The notes below the pieces were generated by a model, which ran no database searches, was not told the DNA's origin, and was given only the letters and a program-made list of their open reading frames with translations. From positions 32,001 through 96,000 of the IMG/VR virus record IMGVR_UViG_3300027857_000001: a stretch of 64,000 nucleotides of DNA; one strand, given 5' to 3'. Position 1 is the first letter of the stretch. Each line of letters starts with the position of its first letter. The stretch is from a virus. This document shows positions 35,263-45,174 of this stretch, one piece after another. Made by a program: the position numbers and the translations under genes.

Positions 35263-35951
35263 CTGTCATCCTCGGCAGATTCCCCGGCATGCTCGCTGCC
35301 AGTGCCGCGCGGCTCCGGATCCTCGCCCTGGACCGGGTCCGGCTCGGCGTCCGCCGCGACGGGAACGGTCGTGGCCAGGAGGTCGGCCCTGGCTGCCCCG
35401 AAGGCGGCGATCGCCGCGTCGAGCCACGCAAGGTCCCCCTCGGCGAGGAACTCGTCCGTGTCGTCGGTGCCGAGAGACACGCCCGCGACGACGCCTGCGC
35501 CGCCGGCGAGCCGCAACCCGACATATACGGGCGTGCCGGCGAGCTGCTCCTCCCGCCAGTACACGCCACCGCGGTACGCCCGCAGCAGCGCGACCGGTGC
35601 TGCGGCCGGCATGGCTGTACCAGGCCCGGCAGGGTCAGGTGCCGCGATGAACGGCCGGTCGTGCGCCGGGACAAGGTCCATGTCGGTGATGCCGGACCAG
35701 TCCTGCGGGTCGCCCGGGAGCGGGCCGGGTGCCGGTGCGGGAGCGCCGTCGTCCCAGGGGGCGCTTCCGGCGCAGACAGCCTCAGGCGGGCGGGCCTGCC
35801 CGCTCTCATGCTGCTGCGTGCGGCCGGACCACGGCCAGCGGAGCCGCAGGACGTGCCTGAGCCGCACCGGGGCGTCCGCGGAGGCTGTGCCTGCAGTGAT
35901 CGTCTCGGCCAGGAAATGCGCGGCAGAGTGCCGGCCGGCGACTGTGCTCAT
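35247..35951 (-). CDS. Hypothetical protein
   Basis: Coupling. Confidence 0.45.
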   Translation of the reverse strand: MSTVAGRHSAAHFLAETITAGTASADAPVRLRHVLRLRWPWSGRTQQHESGQARPPEAVCAGSAPWDDGAPAPAPGPLPGDPQDWSGITDMDLVPAHDRPFIAAPDPAGPGTAMPAAAPVALLRAYRGGVYWREEQLAGTPVYVGLRLAGGAGVVAGVSLGTDDTDEFLAEGDLAWLDAAIAAFGAARADLLATTVPVAADAEPDPVQGEDPEPRGTGSEHAGESAEDDRWISA

Positions 35952-36187
35952 CGTCCCGCTCCCATCCTCGTCATGAAGCGCTGCACGGCCCGGCGCGGGC
36001 ACGATGCGCAGTGGTTGACGTAGACGCGGCCGGCACCGATGGTGGCGGGCACGTGGCAGTGGCTGCAGCGGTAGGGCCGGGCGAGGCGGGCGGCCTCGTC
36101 GCGGCCGACGAGCTTAGCTGCAGCGCTGGTCAGGACCGGGGTAACTGCCGCCGGCGCTCCGCTAGTCATCTGGGGTGACCCGGACAT

Positions 36188-36646
36188 TTACGCGGCCCCC
36201 GTCCCGGCAGCTGCAGGCACGGGCTCGTCGGCAGGCAGGCGGACCCACTCGGTCCCGCCGCCGCACGTGCAGGTGACGTGCTCCTCGGCAACTGCCTCCC
36301 GCCACGCCCTGACCTGTACCTTCAGGCCGCCCGGGAGGGGCGCCTCAAGGACGTAGTAGTAGCCGCTCTCGTCCGGCCTGCCTGTGAAACTGGCGTGCAG
36401 CGCGGCGGCGAGCAGCGTCTCGGCTGCCGCCATGCACCGGCGGGCCTCCGCTCCGGTGCCGGGGATCGTGAACGCGATCCACCCGCCGGCCACGCTGGGC
36501 CGGCCGAGGAGCGGGTGCGGCTCGGCTATGTCCAGGATGCGCCGCACGCCGGCGAACCACGTCGCGCGCTGCTTCTCCCCGGCGGTCATCGCGGCGATGG
36601 CGTCCCGGCGATCCTGCTCAACGGGAGTGAGGCCTTCCGTCTCCAT
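36188..36646 (-). CDS. Hypothetical protein
   Basis: RBS GGAAGGAG. Confidence 0.55.
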   Translation of the reverse strand: METEGLTPVEQDRRDAIAAMTAGEKQRATWFAGVRRILDIAEPHPLLGRPSVAGGWIAFTIPGTGAEARRCMAAAETLLAAALHASFTGRPDESGYYYVLEAPLPGGLKVQVRAWREAVAEEHVTCTCGGGTEWVRLPADEPVPAAAGTGAA

Positions 36647-36960
36647 CGTTCTCCTTCCGTTACCATTCGGGGTGAAGGTCGTTCTCCTTCACCTGGCCCG
36701 GCGGCTATGGACCGCCTGGCCGTCAGTGCCTCCGCCTCACGCCGGCGGAGGCACTCTTTTGCGTTGTGACCGCTGCCACAGCGGTGACCGGCAGGGCGAT
36801 GGCGAGTAGCGGGCGCGCCGCCGGCTGCGGGCCAGGTACTCGGCATCGCTCTCCCCGAACCGGCAGATCTCCCGTCCCCACCAGGCGAGGCCCGCTCCCA
36901 CCAGGACGGTGGCGGCCACGTCAAAGCAGGCACCGAGGGCGAAGGAGCCGAGGGTGGCGA

Positions 36961-37692
36961 TCACGCGGCATCGCCTGGAGCATGGGCCTGGAACACTGGG
37001 CCGGCCGAGCCGGGCAGATGCGACCCCGTGCTCCGCAGGGATGCTCCAGCCTGCGATACGAGCGCCGCATTAGCTTCAGCCCACGTCTTGCTCTCGTCAC
37101 CGCCGACCGCCGCGCTGAGCCGGTCAATGTAGGCGAGCCGTTCGCGGTCTTTCCTCGCCTGGCGGCTCGTCCACTCGGACATGTCGACTGCGTACTTGCG
37201 GAGCTCGGCGATTGTGGACAGCTCGTCCGCGACGGACTCCTTGAAGTACTCGAACAGCTTGAGCTGCCCGCTGGCCCCTTGCCCGATGCGGTCGATCGCC
37301 TCTCCGGCGTCCCGAGCTTCCTCCTCCGGGGTGCGGGGATCGTACGGAGTGGTGTCGGCTCCGAGGGGCAGCTGGACGGGCGGGAATCCGGCTTCACGGA
37401 GCTTGTGCCAGGTCTCGAATCGCGCACGGACGTGCGTGATATGAGCCTCGCTCGGGTACTGCTTGGCCGCCTTGATCCGATGCTGGATCTCGCGCCGGCT
37501 GATCTTGATGCCCTGCCGGCCGGCGGCTGCGATAAGCCCCTCAATGACCCCGTTGCGGAGGTTGCCGCTCCGCGTGGTCTTGGTGCGGTCGACCAGCAGG
37601 CGCCGCGCGTACTCCCAGCGGGCGCGGATGCTGCGGACGTCGGCAGCGGCGATCGCCTTCTCAAGCCGGCCGTAGGCGTCGAAGCTGCTCAT
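36961..37692 (-). CDS. Hypothetical protein immediately downstream of cro-like gene
   Basis: ATGA coupling; helical, with a possible HTH (ISRREIQHRIKAAKQYP). Confidence 0.65.
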   Translation of the reverse strand: MSSFDAYGRLEKAIAAADVRSIRARWEYARRLLVDRTKTTRSGNLRNGVIEGLIAAAGRQGIKISRREIQHRIKAAKQYPSEAHITHVRARFETWHKLREAGFPPVQLPLGADTTPYDPRTPEEEARDAGEAIDRIGQGASGQLKLFEYFKESVADELSTIAELRKYAVDMSEWTSRQARKDRERLAYIDRLSAAVGGDESKTWAEANAALVSQAGASLRSTGSHLPGSAGPVFQAHAPGDAA

Positions 37693-37910
37693 AAAGCGGC
37701 CTCGGGCATCAGGTCGTCGATGTCGCAGTCGAGTACTTCTGCGAACTTGTGAAGCGTCTGCACCGAGACCCCTCGCTGCCCGCGCTCGATCAGCGAGATG
37801 AAGCTCTTGTTGAGCCCGGCGCGCGCTGCGAGGGAGGGTCTGTCAAGGCCGGCGCGGATGCGGCGCGCCCTGAGTTTGTCCGGGTCGATGAGGCGCTGGC
37901 TACCACTCAT
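37689..37910 (-). CDS. Cro-like XRE regulator
   Basis: LRARRIRAGLDRPSLAARAGLNKSFISLIERGQRG; divergent from the cI-like gene. Confidence 0.85.
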   Translation of the reverse strand: MSGSQRLIDPDKLRARRIRAGLDRPSLAARAGLNKSFISLIERGQRGVSVQTLHKFAEVLDCDIDDLMPEAAL

Positions 37911-38076
37911 AAGGACAGACTATCGATGACTAAAAGCTACACGCAACTGTTGGGTCTAGCCAGTCCGGAGAATTTATGCTTTCGTGACTTAGCGGGAGCG
38001 GAACGGACTAGGAACGCCTGACGTCAGTCGCCTAGAGTCGCCGTTAGTCATCACACAGCAGGGAAGGCTCCCCCGC
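37911..38076. promoter_or_regulatory. Divergent immunity switch region
   Basis: AT-richer intergenic region with recurrent GACTA/TAGTC motifs between two XRE genes. Confidence 0.65.
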
Positions 38077-38679
38077 ATGGAACCGGACAATCAGGCCCGG
38101 CCCCCGGAAGCAGTCCTCATCAAGCGCGCCCGTGCGGCGGCGGGAATGACTGTCGAGGCTGCCGCGGCGGCGGTCCGCGCGGCCGGAGGCCAGATCAGCA
38201 CCTCGTACTGGGGTGATGTCGAGCGCGGCCAGGGCGGCAGGAGGAGCAGGCGGGTACCGGTCCGGGCGTCCGCCCGGACACTGGCGCAGATGGCCCGGAT
38301 CTTCGGCATCACCCCGGATCGCCTGGCCGGCGAGGGCCAGCGGCCCGATGCCGCAGAGATCCTGGACGAGATCCTGCGCAGTGAGGAATCCGGTCAGCCG
38401 GCGAGTCAGGATGGCAGCCGCCAGCCCGCTCACATGAAGTTCCTCGACCAGGTGGATGAGGGCGCTCTCGCCCCGTTCCTCGCAGCCGTCGAGGCGCAGG
38501 TCCGGGCGGCGACCCCGGCTGACGGCCGCAGGCCGTCCGGGGCGCAGGCGTTCCCGGGCGCCCCGCAGGAAGCAGAGCTGTGGGAGACGCGGCACATCAG
38601 CGATGCTGACAAGCCGCGGGCGATCGCGATGCTCCGGCTGATCGCGGCCGGGGATACGGCCGTGCGCCGTGCGACATAA
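38077..38679 (+). CDS. CI-like immunity repressor
   Basis: LIKRARAAAGMTVEAAAAAV...ISTSYWGDVERG...TLAQMARIFGITPDRL. Confidence 0.75.
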   Translation: MEPDNQARPPEAVLIKRARAAAGMTVEAAAAAVRAAGGQISTSYWGDVERGQGGRRSRRVPVRASARTLAQMARIFGITPDRLAGEGQRPDAAEILDEILRSEESGQPASQDGSRQPAHMKFLDQVDEGALAPFLAAVEAQVRAATPADGRRPSGAQAFPGAPQEAELWETRHISDADKPRAIAMLRLIAAGDTAVRRAT

Positions 38680-38855
38680 CCGCGCATCAGCACGTCTATT
38701 GTAACGAACCGATTACGACGGGTGACATTTCCGGCATGTCCCTTGCGTGACGGTTCTCGCAGGACGAGACTCCAGAGAAGCACTACCCCTGGGGGGGAAC
38801 CTGGGGGACACCGGGGCAGCCCCGCAGCCCCCGGCAGGTTGGGGAGGACCGCGTC

Positions 38856-39911
38856 GTGAAAGGCGCACTGCGGGAGCGTGCCCAGGACCCCGGCACCGAC
38901 GAGATGCTGGCTGCGCTCATCACCGTGAACAGCAGGCTCCAGGCGTCGAGCTGGTCGCTCCAGGCGCACACCTACGCCCTGCTCGCGCGGCTTGAGGAGA
39001 CGGCCCGCGCCACCGGGACACTGGACGAGGACGTCATCGCCGAGGTGTACTGCCTGCAGAGCCGGTATGAAGAAGGGCGCCGCGCAGTCCAGGAGAACAG
39101 CGCCGCCATCGAGCAGGCCCTCGGGCACCTGGCATTCAGCCGCGCAGACCGCCGCCAGTGGTACGAGGAGGGCATCGCCGAGGGCGAGCGCCGGGAGCGT
39201 GCGCGGCGCGGGAAGGGACGCCGCACCGGGGGACGCGCGGCCCTGCGCGTCGTCCCCGTGGCCGCCGTCCTCGGCGGCGGCTGGACGTTCATCCGGTCCG
39301 TCTCCGCCGCACGCAAGGCCGCAGCCGCCCTCACGGCCGCGCACCAGCCTGCGGTCACCGCCATGCTGGTGCGTCACCTCGGCAGGGCTGTCAGGGTGGG
39401 CACTCTCGGTGCTGCTGTCTCCGCCACCACCCTGACGCTGGTCGTGCAGACCGCGCCTCACACCACTGCGATCCCGCCCCGTCCCGCCGGCGCCCCGTCG
39501 TCCGACCCGGCCGTCCCGGCCGCAGGCACTGCCGCGATCCCGGCGCACGCTCACCACGAGCGGCACCGTCTCCATCCGGCGGCCGTGCCGCCGCCCGCGC
39601 CGCGCCGCCCCCGGCACCCCAGCCTGTCTGCGCCGCCATCCCCGGCACCGCCCGGGTCCCTCACCGCGCCCGCGGTGGTCATCACGGCCGGCGGCACCGG
39701 CATCCTCACGCTGACCGCCGCCGGCGGCCCGGTCGCCTGGACGCTGACATGCTCGGCCGGCATCACGCTCAGCACCTACAGCGGGCAGCTCGCCGAGGGT
39801 GCCTCGGTCATGATCACGGTCACGGCAGCCGGCCCGGACGTGAACGGCACGATCTGGCTTCCGGGCGGCTGGCCGGTAAGGGTCCGGCCGTTCGGTCTCG
39901 CCCCCGGCTAG
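38856..39911 (+). CDS. Hypothetical membrane-anchored protein with Pro-rich linker and C-terminal beta-rich domain
   Basis: Hydrophobic segment, Pro/Ala linker, LTLTAAGGPVAWTLT beta pattern. Confidence 0.5.
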   Translation: MKGALRERAQDPGTDEMLAALITVNSRLQASSWSLQAHTYALLARLEETARATGTLDEDVIAEVYCLQSRYEEGRRAVQENSAAIEQALGHLAFSRADRRQWYEEGIAEGERRERARRGKGRRTGGRAALRVVPVAAVLGGGWTFIRSVSAARKAAAALTAAHQPAVTAMLVRHLGRAVRVGTLGAAVSATTLTLVVQTAPHTTAIPPRPAGAPSSDPAVPAAGTAAIPAHAHHERHRLHPAAVPPPAPRRPRHPSLSAPPSPAPPGSLTAPAVVITAGGTGILTLTAAGGPVAWTLTCSAGITLSTYSGQLAEGASVMITVTAAGPDVNGTIWLPGGWPVRVRPFGLAPG

Positions 39912-40732
39912 CGGACCCGCCCGACCCCCGCGAGCGCGTACGCGGACCCGTCGGCCTCCAGGCAGTCGTGCCATCCCGGCCGCCAGCCCCGGGCCGGGAC
40001 GACACCCGGGTCGAGGAGATCCATGCCGTCGAAGAAACCCGCGATGTCCTGCGCGGAGTGGTTGAACAGGTCCAGGCCGGAACGCCGGACCAGCTCGCGG
40101 ACCTGCCGGAACACCTCATCGTCGTCGTTGTGCCCGGCGGAGATGACCACATAGCTCCCCGGCGCTGCTGCCCGCGAGTACGCGGCGACGACCTGCCGCG
40201 CCTGCTCGCCGGACAGGAAATGCAGCACCATCCCGAATATCAGCCCGGCCGGCCTGCGCAGGTCGATCAGCTCACCTATGCGCCAGTCAGCCAGGACCGC
40301 TGCCGCGTCCGTCAGGTCGGCGCGGATCGCGATGACTCCCGGGGCAGTCGCCATCGCCCGTGCATGCGCGACCGCGACCGGGTCAGAGTCCACGTAGACG
40401 ACCCTGGCTGAGGGAAACACAGCCCGGGCAGCCTCGTGGACGGGGATGATCCGGACCCGCTCGCCGCCTGCTTCTGTCTCTCCCCTCGTGGGGATGCCCG
40501 CGCCCAGGTCCAGGAACTGCCCGACGCCCTGCTGCGCGAGCCAGGTGACCGCCCTGCCGAGGAATAGCCGGTTGCGGACGGCTATGAGCCGGGTTCCGGG
40601 GAACAGGCGCTCCACCTCGGCGGCGGCTGCCCTGTCGGCCGCGAAGCTGTCGCTGCCGCCCAGCCAGTAGTCGTACATCCGGGCGATGCTCGGGACACCA
40701 AGATCGACCGGGGGCCTGTCCCCGCCTCGCAT
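39908..40732 (-). CDS. Actinomycete SAM-dependent methyltransferase (DUF574-type)
   Basis: PSIARMYDYWLGG..SFAADRAAA...QFLDLGAGIPT...VVYVDSDPVAVAHARA. Confidence 0.9.
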   Translation of the reverse strand: MRGGDRPPVDLGVPSIARMYDYWLGGSDSFAADRAAAAEVERLFPGTRLIAVRNRLFLGRAVTWLAQQGVGQFLDLGAGIPTRGETEAGGERVRIIPVHEAARAVFPSARVVYVDSDPVAVAHARAMATAPGVIAIRADLTDAAAVLADWRIGELIDLRRPAGLIFGMVLHFLSGEQARQVVAAYSRAAAPGSYVVISAGHNDDDEVFRQVRELVRRSGLDLFNHSAQDIAGFFDGMDLLDPGVVPARGWRPGWHDCLEADGSAYALAGVGRVR

Positions 40733-40970
40733 GGAGGTCACTCCCTTTCCCCGCCGTCCCGTTCCCTGTTCCTGGTCAATATTCCCGCTACCTGCCGGTA
40801 ACGTGCCGTTCATCCGTGGCCGCGCGGACGGCCGTGCCGGGGGCGGCTGCCTCCCGCGCCGCCCCCGGCACATGCCTCCCTCAGGCCCGGTCACCGCGGG
40901 ACGGCGGGGGTGCGGTGACCGGGCTTCCCGGGCGGCACGGCATGCCGCACCATCGTGCCGGCCGGGAAGC

Positions 40971-41201
40971 TCACTGCGCGTGGTCCGGGTAGTGCCTGTC
41001 CGCCTTGGCCATCAGCCCCGCCAGGTCATAATCCACGAGAACGCGGTACCCGTCCGGTTCGGGGACTGTGAGCTCCCACGGATGGTCGAGGCCCGACGGG
41101 CGCAGGACCGTCGCCCCCGGCATCCTGTCCATGAAAGCGTTGAGGCGCCGCACCTGGCCGGGATCCTCTGCCCGGCCGGGCACGAGGTGGAGGTAGCTCA
41201 C
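40971..41201 (-). CDS. Hypothetical protein
   Basis: GTGA coupling. Confidence 0.5.
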   Translation of the reverse strand: MSYLHLVPGRAEDPGQVRRLNAFMDRMPGATVLRPSGLDHPWELTVPEPDGYRVLVDYDLAGLMAKADRHYPDHAQ

Positions 41202-41434
41202 CGCAGCTTCCCTCCGACGGCGTCGAATCCTCGCAGCGCGACGGGGTCACCGAGCTCCTTCAGCGCCCACCAGACGAACCGCTGGGCCATGCCGTCGCGC
41301 GGGTTGCGCCACAGACGCAGGGCCTTGATGGCGTCGGCGACGGTCCCGGCCGGGTGCGCCGCCCGCCAGTCCCTCAGCTCGCTCGGCAGGTCCGGGTGCT
41401 TGCGCTCGAAGGCCGCGCACTCCTGCTCGGTCAT
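41198..41434 (-). CDS. Hypothetical protein
   Basis: ATGA coupling. Confidence 0.5.
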   Translation of the reverse strand: MTEQECAAFERKHPDLPSELRDWRAAHPAGTVADAIKALRLWRNPRDGMAQRFVWWALKELGDPVALRGFDAVGGKLR

Positions 41435-41658
41435 GTCGCACGCTCCCTCGGCACAGGATCGGCGAAGTAATCCGAGACGATCCGCAGCCGCAGCCCGGCC
41501 GGGCAGGGGTCTGACAGCTCACTCCCCTTGCCGTCCCTGCGCCGTGCGCGGCACCGGCCGTCGGCGGCCCAGATCTCGTATGCGTCGCCCCAGTGGTACC
41601 TGACCTCGGCGAGCGGGCCGGCGAACCGTCCCGCGATGCCGCGCGGACGCGCGCTCAC
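41431..41658 (-). CDS. Hypothetical protein
   Basis: WGDAYEI..W.ARRRDG-type small actinomycete protein. Confidence 0.5.
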   Translation of the reverse strand: MSARPRGIAGRFAGPLAEVRYHWGDAYEIWAADGRCRARRRDGKGSELSDPCPAGLRLRIVSDYFADPVPRERAT

Positions 41659-41864
41659 CGTGGCCTCCTGTGCCGCCGGCGCAGTTCCGGCACCACGCCG
41701 AGGCCGAAGACCGTCAGGAGAATGATGGCGGTGCCGATCTTGAACGGGGTCATGCGCATCGCGCGCCCCCCCCGGCAGTCTTGTTCCCTGCCCTGCCCAT
41801 CCGCTGGCCTCCCTGGCGCGACGATCGGGATACGGGCAGTCAACTACGGGGAAAGGCAGGCGAC

Positions 41865-41908
41865 GGGTACACGTCGTACCCCGTCACCGATGGGTACGTT
41901 CTGTACCC
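41865..41908. promoter_or_regulatory. Two GGGTAC-N5-GTACCC operators
   Basis: Exact palindromes at 41865-41881 and 41892-41908. Confidence 0.65.
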
Positions 41909-43194
41909 GTTAAGGCGGCGATGCCGACTGCGGCAGCCAGGGACCGCGCCCGCTCGCGTATCGCCTCCGCGCCCCTCTCGGCGGCATCGGCCACCCATGA
42001 GCGGGTGAACAGGTTGTACCGCGCGGTATCCGGCGACTCGTCCCGCGCCTGCTCCAGCAGGCTGATGATCGCCACCGGGTCCGGTCGCGCCGTGCGCGAG
42101 CGCAGGGAACGGGCGCGTGCGGACTCGATCAGGTGGAAGCTTCGGCGGGTCGCGCTGGGCATGCCGGCCAGGCGCAGCCGGTTCGCCTGCCGGACCGCGT
42201 TACCGCCCTGCATCAGGTCAGCATGCATGGTGACCGCGTACGCCTCGGTCATCCCGGGGCCGAATATCAGCCAGGGGTGCGCGTACCCGGCACCCAGCGT
42301 CCTGGCCGCCCTTGACGCCTCGTCCCAGTAGCCCCACGCCTCACCCTCGCGCCCGGTCTTCGCGTACGACAGGGCACACGAAAGCTGGAGCAGCCCCCAC
42401 AGTGCGAGATCTTCCTCAGACTCGCCCGGGCGGAGCAGCCGCGCGGCGGACAGCGCCAGCGCAGTACGGGCCTCGGCCGCCTCCCCCGCATCGCGGAAGA
42501 CGTGATTCAGGTACCAGGCCGCAGCGGCGATCGCCGCCGGGTCGTCCGCGTCCTGCGCGGCCTGCATGGCCCTGTCGCCGCACAGCATGATCAGGTCCGG
42601 GCGCGGCTGGAAGGAAAGGAAGAGCTGGGTGACGTGATAGGTCTGGGCGAGCGAGCGGAGCGCGGAGCGGCGCTCGTCGCCGGCCAGGCGGCGGGCCGAA
42701 TCCCGCGCATCCCGCAGCAGGCCCGGGAGCACGACCGACACTGCCGTCCGCTGCCGTCTCGCCCCGTGCCACATCTCCCACGCCTCGCAGGTCCGCGCCG
42801 AGAGCTCGGATGCCGCGACGGGTTCCGTATCCGCCGGCCGGAACATGTAGTCGGTCAGCGCGCTGCTGACTGTGCCGAGGGACTCATGCCGGGCCTTGCC
42901 GAACTGGGCAACGGAAAGGCGCTGATCCCCGGTCAGCTCTGACAGGTCAGCGACCTGGAGTATCTCCGCGATGCGCAGCAGCAGCGGAATCCGGGGGACT
43001 TGCAGCCGTCCCGTCTCCACGGCCTTCACCCATTCTGCTGACTTCCCGGCAAGGCCCGCGAGTACGGGCCGGGACATCCCCGCACGCTCCCTGAAGTACC
43101 TGATCCGCTCGCCGGCCGGTTTCCCGGCAAGCTCGGGGCTGCTCCCTGGTGTAGAATCCACGATGAGACCCTGCCTATCTGACTGCATCGACAC
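41884..43194 (-). CDS. XRE HTH regulator with large helical C-terminal domain
   Basis: GERIRYFRERAGMSRPVLAGLAGKSAEWVKAVETGR followed by helical repeats. Confidence 0.85.
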   Translation of the reverse strand: MSMQSDRQGLIVDSTPGSSPELAGKPAGERIRYFRERAGMSRPVLAGLAGKSAEWVKAVETGRLQVPRIPLLLRIAEILQVADLSELTGDQRLSVAQFGKARHESLGTVSSALTDYMFRPADTEPVAASELSARTCEAWEMWHGARRQRTAVSVVLPGLLRDARDSARRLAGDERRSALRSLAQTYHVTQLFLSFQPRPDLIMLCGDRAMQAAQDADDPAAIAAAAWYLNHVFRDAGEAAEARTALALSAARLLRPGESEEDLALWGLLQLSCALSYAKTGREGEAWGYWDEASRAARTLGAGYAHPWLIFGPGMTEAYAVTMHADLMQGGNAVRQANRLRLAGMPSATRRSFHLIESARARSLRSRTARPDPVAIISLLEQARDESPDTARYNLFTRSWVADAAERGAEAIRERARSLAAAVGIAALTGTERTHR

Positions 43195-43476
43195 CAGCCA
43201 GCATAACGCGGGGTCTTAACTATGCGCAGCTTGTGAATCACACGGGCAGGGGGACAAGCACCCGGGTGCATGGGGAATAGTCCCTATCCCGGGGTTACGC
43301 GCCGGTTCGTCACTCTGGCCCGGCTGACGGGCAGTCCCGCCCGGGGGCGCCGAATTGAGTGCGGGCACCCGGCCGTCACGCCGCCGTCCGGCCCCAGGAT
43401 GACCGCGTCCCGCCGGCCCTCTACCGGGACCTCCTTCACCCGGCTGGCAGGCACCATGACCAGCACGTAACGCTGC

Positions 43477-43998
43477 TCATCCATTCCGGTCCTCCTGTTC
43501 CGGCCGTGCTTCCACAGACGCCCCGTCCAGGTCCCAGTCTCTTCCGGCCGCCTCGCGGATAAGCTCGCAGAGCCGGTCGGCCGCATGCCCGGAGTGCGCG
43601 GCGAGGATGACGGCCGCGACTGCTGGCCCGTCCCCGGCCAGTGCTGCGCCCACGGCCTCCGCCATAGGGTCATCCGCGACCACCGCCTCGAGCGCATCAA
43701 GAAGCCTGCCGTATGCATCGGCGTCGATACCGGGGGCCGCAAGGGCAATGCGGGCCACGACGGCGTAGCGGTGCAGAGGGAGGACTACCGTGCCGCGCCC
43801 GTCGCCGACTCTGGCCAGCCGCCACGCGACCAGCGTTTCCAGCGCCCTCTGGGCGACAGACTGGGTGACTCCGTACTCGCGGGCCATGGCCGGAGCGCCA
43901 GGCAGGGTGACACCCGGAGCCCACTCGCCGGCGAGTATCCGCTGCCGCAGGTCCCGCGCTACCTGTTCGTAGCGCGCCACTGGCGGCGTCAGCTTCAC
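43477..43998 (-). CDS. GntR-family regulator (KorSA/TraR-like)
   Basis: YEQVARDLRQRILAGEWAPGVTLP...MAREYGVTQSVAQRAL...GRGTVV; divergent from the transfer operon. Confidence 0.8.
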   Translation of the reverse strand: MKLTPPVARYEQVARDLRQRILAGEWAPGVTLPGAPAMAREYGVTQSVAQRALETLVAWRLARVGDGRGTVVLPLHRYAVVARIALAAPGIDADAYGRLLDALEAVVADDPMAEAVGAALAGDGPAVAAVILAAHSGHAADRLCELIREAAGRDWDLDGASVEARPEQEDRNG

Positions 43999-44077
43999 GC
44001 GGCGCTTCCCTCTCCTCCGTCTCCGGCTATCGCGCCCATCGTATTGCCGGTAACCGTTAACGCCTAGCTCCGGCGGA

Positions 44078-44106
44078 TTGACATTTACGCGGGCAGGGGT
44101 CATGGT
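44078..44106 (+). promoter_or_regulatory. Sigma70-type promoter for the transfer operon
   Basis: TTGACA-17 nt-CATGGT. Confidence 0.55.
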
Positions 44107-44153
44107 TGGAGTATCTCACGGATAACGCTCAGAATTAATACGGAGATGACCGC

Positions 44154-44681
44154 ATGAGCACCTCCCTCCTTCCCTGGCTGATCGCCGCAGGCCTCGTCCT
44201 GGTGTGGCTGTTCAGCTGCGTCTCGGCCTGGTCCGATAACCGGTACGAGGTCACTGCCGTCTCGTCATGGCGTTTCCGTCTCACCCGCCGCTGGTACAGC
44301 ATCCGCAGTAGGGTCCGGTGCGGTGACCGCGGCGAGGTCTACGAGGTGCGCGACTGGTCCGATGACGGCACCGCCGTCCCGTGGCTGCTGGTCGCGAACT
44401 TCAACGGCGATCCTGACGACGTGTACTGGTGCCCGGTCACGGACTGCACCCCGTCCGCCGTCCGCCGGTTCCGGCCGCGCCTGCTGGTGGTCCGCTACGG
44501 CCGGATCCCGGTGCCGTGGCTGTTCCTGTTCTGGTACGAGCCGGCGCCCCGCCAGTGCAAGTACTGCGGCGAGCCTGCCACCTGCGAACACGACTCCGCC
44601 ATCAGCCACGGCGGGTGCCTGTGCGATGCACACCTGCTCGCGGCCGACCGGGTCCGCACCCGCGAGCAGGGTGCGTCATGA
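44154..44681 (+). CDS. Hypothetical protein with N-terminal TM segment
   Basis: RBS; first gene of the operon. Confidence 0.55.
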   Translation: MSTSLLPWLIAAGLVLVWLFSCVSAWSDNRYEVTAVSSWRFRLTRRWYSIRSRVRCGDRGEVYEVRDWSDDGTAVPWLLVANFNGDPDDVYWCPVTDCTPSAVRRFRPRLLVVRYGRIPVPWLFLFWYEPAPRQCKYCGEPATCEHDSAISHGGCLCDAHLLAADRVRTREQGAS

Positions 44682-44971
44682 ACGGCCCGCCCCGAGCGTG
44701 GATGCGGCACGCTGCGTGCCGTGATCTGCCGCTGACGCTCTTCTTCGGCCCGGACGGCGAAGATGCCGTAGCCCGCGCCGAGCGCGAGAAGCAGGCGAAA
44801 GCCGTCTGTGCCGGATGCCCTGTGCGCGTCGAGTGCCTGATGTACCGGCTGGGCTACCCGTATCAGCGGGATGACGGGATCTGGGCCGGGTTCGACGGCG
44901 GCCAGCGGGCTCAGCTCCGCCGCAGCGATCTCCGCCGCCAGCGCCACGCAGAGAGGACGGCGGCGGCATGA
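44678..44971 (+). CDS. WhiB-family Fe-S transcription factor
   Basis: WMRHAAC...FF...AKAVCAGCPVRVEC...GIWAG; four Cys. Confidence 0.9.
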   Translation: MNGPPRAWMRHAACRDLPLTLFFGPDGEDAVARAEREKQAKAVCAGCPVRVECLMYRLGYPYQRDDGIWAGFDGGQRAQLRRSDLRRQRHAERTAAA

Positions 44972-45174
44972 ACACCCTGTACGCCATCGTCGCCGCAATC
45001 GGCGCTCTCATCGCCGCCTGCCACCAGCACGTCACCGTCACGCTGGCCGGGCACGCCTTCGGCACCTCGCTGGGCGTGCTGATCCTGTGCACGGTCATCG
45101 CCGTCTGCATGGCCGCGACCGTGATCACGGTCCGGTCAGTGTTCTGGCCGGCCATGTCGCGGGTCGCCTCATGA
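44968..45174 (+). CDS. Small membrane protein (Spd-like)
   Basis: Two TM segments, directly upstream of traB. Confidence 0.55.
   Translation: MNTLYAIVAAIGALIAACHQHVTVTLAGHAFGTSLGVLILCTVIAVCMAATVITVRSVFWPAMSRVAS

Noticed and set aside
33833-35650. Long antisense ORFs (e.g. 33833-35650+, 53020-54396+, 17127-18599+, 38430-39974-, 18551-19882-)
   Set aside because: Shadow ORFs opposite well-supported genes in high-GC DNA, with low-complexity R/P/G/A translations.
38780-38850. G-quadruplex in G/C runs upstream of 38856
   Set aside because: Adjacent C-runs can pair with the G-runs as a hairpin, such runs are common at this GC content, and there is no further support.
43232-43242. CRP site (TGTGA-A-TCACA)
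   Set aside because: The spacer is 1 nt rather than the canonical 6 nt.
36183-44092. Shared 13-mer GACATTTACGCGG at 36183 and 44080 as an operator
   Set aside because: Only two copies, not palindromic, and one coincides with a stop codon; chance cannot be excluded.
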